From positions 192,001 through 256,000 of the forward strand of contig CAWGSK010000009.1 in assembly GCA_963825055.1 (NCBI GenBank): a DNA stretch of 64,000 bases. Direction: 5' to 3'. Numbering within the stretch: the first letter of the stretch is position 1; each line of letters starts with the position of its first letter. The notes beneath the pieces were generated by a model. That model was not told the DNA's origin. It was given only the letters and a program-made list of their open reading frames with translations, and did not search any database. The translations under genes and the position numbers were made by a program. Shown here one piece after another: positions 48,535 through 56,094 of the stretch. This DNA is from an uncultured Gemmatimonadales bacterium. GTDB lineage: Bacteria; Gemmatimonadota; Gemmatimonadetes; Gemmatimonadales; GWC2-71-9.

Positions 48535-49554
48535 TCATCCGGCACCGCCCAGCAGTGAGAGCAGCAGCGCCCGCTGCACGTGCAGCCGGTTTTCGGCTTC
48601 ATCCACCACCACGCTGTTCGGGCCGTCGAGTACCGCGTCGTCCACTTCCACGTTGCGCCGCACCGGCAGGCAGTGCATCACGATGCCCCGGCCCTGGCGG
48701 GTGCTGCGCAGGCGATCCTGGGTCAGCCGCCAGTCCCGGCGCGACGCGCGCGCGGCGGCTTCCTCCTCGGGGCGGCCGTAGTGGGCCAGGCTGCCCCAGC
48801 TCTTCACGTATACCGCATCCGCCCCCACCAGGGCCTGGTCCATGTCATTGATGATGTGCACAACGCCGCCGCCGTTCTGCTGCGTCACCTGCCGGATCAG
48901 CGCCGTATCCTCCGGATCCAGTTCATAGCCATCGGGCCGCGCGATGACGAGCTCCATTCCCTGGCGCGCGGCCGCGAGCGCGGCGCTCACCGGGACCGCC
49001 GTCGGCAGCGCCTTCGGGTGCCATGCCCAGGTCAGGACGAAACGCTTGCCGTGCGTTTCCCCCAGCTTGTCGCGGAGGGTGAGCTGGTCCGCAAGTTCCT
49101 GGCAGGGATGCCGCCGGGAGCTCTCCAGGTTGATTACGGGTTTCTCGCAGTGCTCGGCGAAGAGGCGCATCACCTGGTCCTGGCGCGCCACGGCCCAGTC
49201 CGGATCGCGCGGGAAGCACCGGAGCCCGAGCACGTCGGCGTACCGGCCCAGTACGCGGGCCGCATCGATCACGTGCTCAACACCCGGTCCATCCATTACC
49301 GCCCCGCGCTCCGTCTCGAGCGCCCAGCTTCCCCGGCCCGGCTCCACCACCATCGCATGGCCGCCGTGCCGGTACATGGCGGCCTCGAAGCTCGCCCGCG
49401 TCCGCAGGCTCGGGTCCATGAACACCAGGGCCATGAGGCGCCCCTCCAGACCCCCGTGCACCTCGCCGTTGCGTACGCGCACGGCGAGTCGGAGCAGTGC
49501 CTCGACTTCCTCCGGCGACCAGTCCTCCACGGCCAGAAAGTCACGCTTGGTCAT
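48535..49554 (-). CDS. argF: N-acetyl/N-succinyl-ornithine transcarbamylase (ArgF')
   Basis: SLRTR, W77 loop, HPCQ, TWAWHPK proline-rich loop, KSWG, HCLPVRRN: hallmarks of AOTCase/SOTCase rather than OTCase. Confidence 0.92.
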   Translation of the reverse strand: MTKRDFLAVEDWSPEEVEALLRLAVRVRNGEVHGGLEGRLMALVFMDPSLRTRASFEAAMYRHGGHAMVVEPGRGSWALETERGAVMDGPGVEHVIDAARVLGRYADVLGLRCFPRDPDWAVARQDQVMRLFAEHCEKPVINLESSRRHPCQELADQLTLRDKLGETHGKRFVLTWAWHPKALPTAVPVSAALAAARQGMELVIARPDGYELDPEDTALIRQVTQQNGGGVVHIINDMDQALVGADAVYVKSWGSLAHYGRPEEEAAARASRRDWRLTQDRLRSTRQGRGIVMHCLPVRRNVEVDDAVLDGPNSVVVDEAENRLHVQRALLLSLLGGAG

Positions 49555-50702
49555 GCCAGTACCTCGGAGAGGGCAGCCAGGAGCAGGCCGGCTTCCTCCC
49601 GGGAGAAGACGAGTGGCGGCAGGAGCCGCAACGTGTGCGGATCGGTCGAGGTTCCCGTGAGAATCCGGCGCTGGAAGAGTGCCTGCTGGACCTCGCGGGC
49701 GGACCGGTCGAGCTCGAGGCCAAGCAGCAGGCCTCTCCCGTGGACCCGGGCCACGCCCAGGGCGAGGGCCTCCTCGCGAAGGTACGCGCCGATGTCGATT
49801 GCGTTGCCGATCAGCCCTTCATCGTCGATCACGGCAAGGGTGGCGAGGGCGGCGGCGCATGGCACTGGCCCGCCGCCGAAAGTGCTGCCGAGGTCGCCCG
49901 GTTCCAGCGAAGATGTGAGCGCCGGCCGCGCCAGCATTGCCGCGATGGGCAGCCCGGACCCCAGGCCCTTTGCCATGGTGAGAATGTCCGGCGTGACCCC
50001 CACCGCTTCCGCCGCAGTGAACGCTCCGCACCGGCCGACCCCGCACTGCACCTCGTCGAATACCAGCGCCGTCCCGGTGGCATCACAGATATGGCGCGCC
50101 GCCTCGAGGAACTCAGTACTGGCAGTCCGTGCCCCTGACATGCCCTGCACCGGCTCCAGGAGCACCGCGGCCGCCCCGTGGCCGACCACCCGCCGCAGGT
50201 CGTCCACGTCATTGAAGCCGGCGCGCCGGCTGAGCGGCATGCCCGCTCGCAGGGCGCCGGCCTCGTAGCGCTCCCCGTCACAGCAGGCGAGCGTGGCCAC
50301 GGTCCGGCCATGCCAGCCCCCCGTCACGGTCACCACATCCTGCCGCCCAGTCCAGCGTCGCGCGAGATGCAGGGCGTTTTCGTTCGCCTCAGCGCCGGAA
50401 TTACAGAAGAAGACGCGATCCAGTGGACGCGGGGCCAGCGCGACCAGCGCCTCCGCCAGTTCCTCCCGCATGGGCAGCGGGACCGCGGAGGAGTAGAACA
50501 GGAGTCGCGCGGCCTGCTCGGCGATCGCCGCGACCACCCGCGGGTGCGAATGACCCGTGGATGAGACCGCGTGGCCCCCATAGGCGTCCAGCCAGCGCTC
50601 GCCATCCTCGTCCACCAGCCAGCTGCCGGCCCCCATGACGGGCCGCACCGGCATGTGGGCATACACTTCGAGCAGCGCCGGCCCCCGGTCAGCCCTCAGC
50701 AT
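49551..50702 (-). CDS. argD: N-acylornithine aminotransferase
   Basis: NSGAEANE, HGRT, EPVQG, FDEVQCGVGR, AKGLG, STFGG. Confidence 0.92.
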   Translation of the reverse strand: MLRADRGPALLEVYAHMPVRPVMGAGSWLVDEDGERWLDAYGGHAVSSTGHSHPRVVAAIAEQAARLLFYSSAVPLPMREELAEALVALAPRPLDRVFFCNSGAEANENALHLARRWTGRQDVVTVTGGWHGRTVATLACCDGERYEAGALRAGMPLSRRAGFNDVDDLRRVVGHGAAAVLLEPVQGMSGARTASTEFLEAARHICDATGTALVFDEVQCGVGRCGAFTAAEAVGVTPDILTMAKGLGSGLPIAAMLARPALTSSLEPGDLGSTFGGGPVPCAAALATLAVIDDEGLIGNAIDIGAYLREEALALGVARVHGRGLLLGLELDRSAREVQQALFQRRILTGTSTDPHTLRLLPPLVFSREEAGLLLAALSEVLA

Positions 50703-51718
50703 GGGAACATGCTCGAGAGCACCAGGCCGGCGTCCTCGGGAAAACCGAGGGCCAGGTTCATTGCCTGCACGGCCTGGCCCCCGGCGCCCTTGATCAGGTT
50801 GTCGATGGCAACCATGACCTGCACTTCGAGGCCATCCGCCGAGACCGCGGGATGAATCAGCGCCATGTTCGTGCCCACCGCATGCGTCAGTTCCGGCGGC
50901 TCGTCGGTGAGGCGGATGAACCGGCGGCCGCCATAGGCCTGCCGGAACCAGCCGGCGGCATCGCCGGGCTCCGGAAGTCGCGCGTGCAGGGTGAGGTAGA
51001 TCCCGCGAACGAATGGACCAGAGTGCGTCATCAGCGTGGCGCCGGCTTCGGGGTCATCCACCCAGTGGCGCCAGCTGGAGAGCACTTCCGCCTGGTGACG
51101 GTGGCCGGCCACGGAATACGCGAAGACATTGCTGGCGCGCGCAGGATGGTGCGTGGTTGGCCGTGGATTCCGGCCGGCGCCACTGGAACCGGTGATCCCC
51201 CAGAGTGCCGGGTGAATCCCTGACCCGGCGCGGGCAAGGGGATGAAGCGCGAGCTGTGCGGCGGTCGCAAAGCAGCCGGGCACGGCCAGCGCCTTGGATC
51301 CTGCGAGGCTTCCACCGAGTACGTCCGCCAGCGCGTACGTGAATCGGCCGACGAACTCCGGCGCCGCATGAGTACCGTAGTAGTGCTCGTAGAGCCGCAG
51401 GTCCTGCACCCGGAAGTCCGCCGCCAGGTCCACGATCAACCCGGGGCCGGCTTCGAAAATCCCGTCAATCACGCGCGAGGACTCCCCGTGCTCCAGCGCG
51501 AGGAAGACGACATCACACCCGCGCGCGGCTTCGCCCGGGCTGCTGCCCGCAAACCGGCTGTCGGTCAGTTCAGCGAGGCCGGGATGAACGCTCGCGATCG
51601 GCTTGCCCGCCTGACTCCGGCTCGTCGCGAGGCACTCGGTGACTTCCGGGTGCCGCAGGAGGAGTCGCAGGAGTTCGGCGCCGACGTAGCCGGCGCCGCC
51701 GATGACTGCCACCTTCAC
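50696..51718 (-). CDS. argC: N-acyl-gamma-glutamyl-phosphate reductase
   Basis: GGAGYVG, DLAADFR, PGCFAT (catalytic Cys), SGAG, HRH, DNLIKGA-x-GQAVQ. Confidence 0.95.
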   Translation of the reverse strand: MKVAVIGGAGYVGAELLRLLLRHPEVTECLATSRSQAGKPIASVHPGLAELTDSRFAGSSPGEAARGCDVVFLALEHGESSRVIDGIFEAGPGLIVDLAADFRVQDLRLYEHYYGTHAAPEFVGRFTYALADVLGGSLAGSKALAVPGCFATAAQLALHPLARAGSGIHPALWGITGSSGAGRNPRPTTHHPARASNVFAYSVAGHRHQAEVLSSWRHWVDDPEAGATLMTHSGPFVRGIYLTLHARLPEPGDAAGWFRQAYGGRRFIRLTDEPPELTHAVGTNMALIHPAVSADGLEVQVMVAIDNLIKGAGGQAVQAMNLALGFPEDAGLVLSSMFPC

Positions 51719-52806
51719 GCGGACGCTCCTGCCTCGTAACGCTGCGCGGCCTGGTGCGCAGACAGCGCCTCCTGCACCACGGAGACCAGGGCCTCCGCAT
51801 CGCGCCGCGCGTTGTGCGCGGGCACCTGGAGCGAGGCGCGGATGTAGCTGCGGCCGACCTCGTTGTCCGTGGCGGGGCCGGTGAGCACCGTGATCGGCAG
51901 GTGGAAGTGCTCCCGCATCAGCTCGAGGGCGCCCCAGCAGGCCACCGGATCGGGGGCGGCCATGACCCACGCCGCGCCAGCCGCAGAAAGCTCGCTGTCG
52001 AGCAGGATGTCCTGCACGCCGTACTCGCCGAGAATGCCGTCGCCCAGCTCCGCCACGATCACGTCCGGGTGCGCAGCGGCAAGCCGGTTGAAGAGGCCTT
52101 TCGCCACCGGCACGGTCATGCCCGCGTGCGTGCTGGCCGCGCCGGCGTCATTGAAGGTGAGCGCCTCGACAGCGCCGGCATCCCGCATGGAAAGGGCGTC
52201 GCGCATCAGGCTCACCCCGGTGAGCTTCGCGGCCGCGACCCTGAGCCCCGTACGGACCAGGCCGCGCACCAGTTCGGTGGCCGCCACCGTCTTCCCCGCG
52301 TTCATGCACGTGCCGGCCACATACACCACCGGGATCCCCGCCTGGAGGCTGTCGGCCGGCGGGACGGCGCCATCGCGGATGTGTGCGGGCCGGCCGATGC
52401 GGTCGCCCAGGGCGGGGAAGGTCAGCACGGCGCCGAGGACCTCCGCCCTGAACGGCGGCCCGATGTCGGGATTCACCGAGGTACAGCGGCCCAGCACACC
52501 GCCAAGGTTCAGCACCTCCAGCGTATCACCAACCGCGATCGTGGACGGCACCATTCCCGCGTAGCCTCGCAGCGCGCGCCTGGCGCCGAGCGTGCCGGCC
52601 AGCACGTCCCCCGCCCGGAGCGCCACCATCCGCCCGGCGATATCTTCCACCGTGTTGTATGTGGACTTGTCCTCGAGCACCCGGACGGCCAGGACATAAC
52701 CATCCGCGGCCACGATGTCCGGGCCGACCATCACCTCGCTTTCGAGGTGGGCGTTCCGCGTGCTGGAGGAGATCCGGTCGAGCCGGACGCGGGTCGTCAC
52801 AACCAT
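51715..52806 (-). CDS. DUF1611/DgcN-like protein; candidate N-acylglutamate synthase
   Basis: VAGTCMNAGKT, AAKLTG, DAGA..F-x-DAG..ST, VAELGDG; tightly coupled to argG (3-nt gap) and argC (GTGA overlap). Confidence 0.7.
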   Translation of the reverse strand: MVVTTRVRLDRISSSTRNAHLESEVMVGPDIVAADGYVLAVRVLEDKSTYNTVEDIAGRMVALRAGDVLAGTLGARRALRGYAGMVPSTIAVGDTLEVLNLGGVLGRCTSVNPDIGPPFRAEVLGAVLTFPALGDRIGRPAHIRDGAVPPADSLQAGIPVVYVAGTCMNAGKTVAATELVRGLVRTGLRVAAAKLTGVSLMRDALSMRDAGAVEALTFNDAGAASTHAGMTVPVAKGLFNRLAAAHPDVIVAELGDGILGEYGVQDILLDSELSAAGAAWVMAAPDPVACWGALELMREHFHLPITVLTGPATDNEVGRSYIRASLQVPAHNARRDAEALVSVVQEALSAHQAAQRYEAGASA

Positions 52807-52809
52807 GGG

Positions 52810-54012
52810 TTACCCTCCCGCATGGCGGCGCGCCACGCGCTCCGCCAGCAGCGACGGGATCGCGGACACGCGCGCGAATGCGCGGGCCTCGTCCCCGGAC
52901 CAGAGGCTGTGATCCTCGCCGTACCGCGCGACGGAGGAATCCATGAGGGAGCACGGGCTGCGCGTCCCCACCACGTGGAACCTGCCCGCGGCCAGGCGGA
53001 CCCGTGTCTCGCCCGTGACGTGCCGCTGTGAACTCCCGATCATGGCTTCGATGTCCCGCATCGCCGGATCGAAGTACTGGCCCTCGTGGAGACGGTCGCC
53101 ATAGAACCGGGCGAGCTGGTCCTTCCAGAAGACCTGCCATCGGGTGAGGGTCAGCTTCTCCAGCTCCCGGTGCGCCGCGATCAGCACCAGTGCCGCGCCG
53201 GCCTCGAACCCGATGCGCCCCTTGATGCCGAGCACCGTCTCTCCCACGTGGATGCCGCGGCCAATTCCACGGACCAGCGTGCGCATCCCCAGCTCGGCGA
53301 CCAGCCCGGGACCCTCCAGCCGAGCCCCGTCCAGGGCGACCGGCAGGCCTCGTTCCCACTCGATGACGACCTCCTCGGCCCCGGGCGCGTCGGCCGGGGG
53401 CTCCAGCAGTTCGTCGGGCGGACCCTGCCATGTATCGTGGGTCCAGCCGCCGCCCCAGGTGGTGCCCCACCCACCCCGGTTCACCGAGTACGCCCCCGAC
53501 CCCGCAGGAACCGGCAGGCCGCGCTCCTCCAGGAACGCAATCGCCTGGTCGCGCGCAAGCCCGAGCTCCCGGATCGGTGTCACGATCTCCAGTTCCGGGG
53601 CCAGCACGCGAAAGGCGACGTCAAACCGCACCTGGTCGTTCCCCGCCCCGGTCGAACCATGCGCCACGGCCGACGCCCCAACCTGGCGCGCGACATCCAG
53701 CACGGACATCGCCTGCTGGGTACGCTCGGCCGCCACGCTCAGCGGGTAGACCTCCCCGCGAAGAACATTCCCCTGAATCAGGTACCGGACGAAATGATCG
53801 AAGACCTCGCGACGGGCGTCCACGAGGTGGTGGGCCGCCGCCCCCACCGCACTAGCCTGGCGCCGGACGGCCTCCAGTCCTTCCGGCGTGGTGCCGCCGG
53901 TGTCGACGAATACGGTATGCACCTCCCAGCCCCGCTCACTCAGCCAGGGGACACAGAAAGAGGTATCGAGGCCCCCCGAGAAGGCGAGCACAATGCGTCG
54001 GTCAGTTTGCAT
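52810..54012 (-). CDS. argG: Argininosuccinate synthase
   Basis: LAFSGGLDTS, YPLS, AHGSTGAGNDQVRF, GIKGR..FEA. Confidence 0.96.
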   Translation of the reverse strand: MQTDRRIVLAFSGGLDTSFCVPWLSERGWEVHTVFVDTGGTTPEGLEAVRRQASAVGAAAHHLVDARREVFDHFVRYLIQGNVLRGEVYPLSVAAERTQQAMSVLDVARQVGASAVAHGSTGAGNDQVRFDVAFRVLAPELEIVTPIRELGLARDQAIAFLEERGLPVPAGSGAYSVNRGGWGTTWGGGWTHDTWQGPPDELLEPPADAPGAEEVVIEWERGLPVALDGARLEGPGLVAELGMRTLVRGIGRGIHVGETVLGIKGRIGFEAGAALVLIAAHRELEKLTLTRWQVFWKDQLARFYGDRLHEGQYFDPAMRDIEAMIGSSQRHVTGETRVRLAAGRFHVVGTRSPCSLMDSSVARYGEDHSLWSGDEARAFARVSAIPSLLAERVARRHAGG

Positions 54013-54013
54013 A

Positions 54014-54049
54014 ATGCATAAATATGCAACATGCCGACCCGGAGCGCAA
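54014..54049 (-). promoter_or_regulatory. ARG box overlapping the arg operon promoter
   Basis: Palindrome TGCATA-AA-TATGCA (54014-54027); on the minus strand TTGCGC-N17-CATATT. Confidence 0.8.
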
Positions 54050-54121
54050 CCCGCTCAAGTCGGCGACCGCCGCGGCCGATAACGGGATGGAGTGAACGAC
54101 CGGATCAAGGGAGGAACGACC

Positions 54122-54418
54122 ATGAAGAACCGCATCGCCGCGCTGCTCGAGGCCACCCCGGCAGGATGGGCCGCCTCGACGGTGACCGCCCCCGAGGAAT
54201 CGCTCGAGGTGAGGGTGCACCGCTGCGTGCTGGAGGCCATCATCCAGCACAACATGCGGGAGGAACTGCAGCGGACCGCGGCCGACCGGGATCCGCTGGT
54301 GTTCGAATCAGCCCGGCAACGGGTGCGCCGGTATGAGAAGTTCCTGGCATGGCTGGGAGGCATGCCGGAGGGTGCGATACAGGTCTCGCTGCGGCCTCGG
54401 GGGGCCGCCGGACCTTAG
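54122..54418 (+). CDS. Hypothetical protein (98 aa)
   Basis: GGAGG RBS before the ATG; no recognised motif. Confidence 0.6.
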   Translation: MKNRIAALLEATPAGWAASTVTAPEESLEVRVHRCVLEAIIQHNMREELQRTAADRDPLVFESARQRVRRYEKFLAWLGGMPEGAIQVSLRPRGAAGP

Positions 54419-55062
54419 AAGCTGACGCCGAGGCCGCCGTGCCCGTGGAAGGCAAGGTTGGGGACGGACGCGTGTCCCCCGGCGGTCGGCACACGAACGT
54501 AGGACGCCGAGACCCGGCCGTCGATGCTCAGGAAGAAGTGGCTCGTGATCGGGAAACGGCGGTTGGCGCTGCCCACGAGCGACCCGCCCGACAGGAAATA
54601 GCCGTCCCGGATAAAGCCGCGGTTCCGCTCGATGACCCTGCCCCGGACGATCGTCTCCGGGTGGGTAACCACCGGGCCTGCACCAAGCGTGAACACCAGC
54701 TTGTCCCGCGCCCAGCCCCGGCTGAGCGCCAGGATGTTGAACCCGTTGGTGATGTTGAAGCCCTGAACCTCCGGCGGGGGATTTTCCAGGTACAGCTTCT
54801 GGTGGATGAAATCGATCAGCCAGCCCCGGTTGCCGCTCCAGAAGCCGATTCGCGCCGCGTAGTAGGGCGTGTCCTGTTCGGGGCGGGTCGAGTAGTGGCC
54901 CGTGAAGTCGAGATCCGCCTCCCCCTCCTGCGTGATGTGGAGTGGAGTGGGGAGGCTGACTGACGTTCCGATGAAGAGTTCGAGCGTCGTCTGGGCCACC
55001 GCCCGGCCCGGCACCAGTCCGCCCAGCAGGACGGCGACAACGAGACCTCCGCGTGCCCGCAT
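54415..55062 (-). CDS. Small outer-membrane beta-barrel protein
   Basis: Signal peptide (AVAQ), amphipathic strands, C-terminal GLGVSF. Confidence 0.7.
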   Translation of the reverse strand: MRARGGLVVAVLLGGLVPGRAVAQTTLELFIGTSVSLPTPLHITQEGEADLDFTGHYSTRPEQDTPYYAARIGFWSGNRGWLIDFIHQKLYLENPPPEVQGFNITNGFNILALSRGWARDKLVFTLGAGPVVTHPETIVRGRVIERNRGFIRDGYFLSGGSLVGSANRRFPITSHFFLSIDGRVSASYVRVPTAGGHASVPNLAFHGHGGLGVSF

Positions 55063-55090
55063 GCTCCCCCCGTTGGTGTGGCGGGCGGCA

Positions 55091-56017
55091 TCATCGCTGT
55101 GATGCCGCGACTTCGAGTGGTGGCAGCCGCGCCGCGATCCGGGCCCGATCGGCCTCGAGCCACGCCGGCAGCTGCAGCGTTTCCCCGAGCGACTCGGCCG
55201 GCTCATCCACCAGGAATCCTGGGCCCTCGGTGGCCAGCTCGAAGAGAATACCACCCGGTTCACGGAAATACACCGACTGGAAGTATTTCCGGTCAAGGAT
55301 CTCCGTAGCACCGATACCGGTGGCCGTCACACTGTCGCGCAGTGCCAGCTGCGCTGACTCGTCCGGGACACGCCATGCAATGTGATGGACGGATCCGGCG
55401 CCCAGCATCCCCGGGCGACCCCCGGAAGCGTCCTGCATCCCGATCCGCCCGACCCGGTCTCCGGTCGCCACAAACGTATCCGCCTCCGGGCGCGTGAGGC
55501 CGAGCACCTCGGACAGTAACGCGGAGGTGGCAGCGGGGTTCCGGCTGCGCAGGGTGAGACCACCGAGGCCGGAGATGGCGGATTCGCGGGGAATATCAGG
55601 CGTGGACCAGGTGGGCGCCGGTCCGCCTGACGGAGCCGGGACGAATTCGATCGTCAGGCCGTCCGGATCGCGTACGGTGGCGAGGACATCATTGCGCGCG
55701 TCATCCACCAGGCTGCCGCTTTCCGCCAGGCGGCGTCGCCAGAAATCCGTACTCTCGGCCGGGACGGCGAAGGCAATACGGTCAACTTCGCCCGCCCCGA
55801 TCGTTCCTCTATACGCCCCCGGCCAGGCGAAAAAGGTGAGGATCGTGCCAGGTGTGCCCCTGGCATCCCCGTAGTAGAGATGCCAGGTGCCCGGATCGTC
55901 GAAGTTGACCGTACGCTTGACCAGGCGGAGGCCGAGCAGGCCGGTATAAAAAGCCAGGTTTCGGCGGGGATCACTCGCGAGCGCCGTGACATGGTGAAGT
56001 CCTGCCGTGCGTCCCAT
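55091..56017 (-). CDS. Ring-cleaving dioxygenase (MhqO/PcpA-like VOC family)
   Basis: GLHHVT, VKRTVNFDDP..HLYYG, GSVHHIA, DRKYFQSVYFREPGG.LFELAT. Confidence 0.92.
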   Translation of the reverse strand: MGRTAGLHHVTALASDPRRNLAFYTGLLGLRLVKRTVNFDDPGTWHLYYGDARGTPGTILTFFAWPGAYRGTIGAGEVDRIAFAVPAESTDFWRRRLAESGSLVDDARNDVLATVRDPDGLTIEFVPAPSGGPAPTWSTPDIPRESAISGLGGLTLRSRNPAATSALLSEVLGLTRPEADTFVATGDRVGRIGMQDASGGRPGMLGAGSVHHIAWRVPDESAQLALRDSVTATGIGATEILDRKYFQSVYFREPGGILFELATEGPGFLVDEPAESLGETLQLPAWLEADRARIAARLPPLEVAASQR

Positions 56018-56032
56018 CGTTGCTGCTCCAGG

Positions 56033-56058
56033 CAATTAGTTCAAGCTTAAATTAATTG
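56033..56058. promoter_or_regulatory. AT-rich palindromic operator upstream of the dioxygenase
   Basis: CAATTAGTTCAAGCTTAAATTAATTG; 22 of 26 positions symmetric, in GC-rich context. Confidence 0.65.
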
Positions 56059-56094
56059 TCCAGAGCACCCCCGCAAGGGGGAGGGCGCGGGCCT

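Noticed and set aside
48535..49554. Ordinary ornithine carbamoyltransferase
   Set aside because: Lacks the STRT and SMG motifs and has the AOTCase/SOTCase-specific loops
56068..56081. CCCCC-GCAA-GGGGG hairpin as a terminator
   Set aside because: Only a 5-bp stem with no U tract; insufficient support
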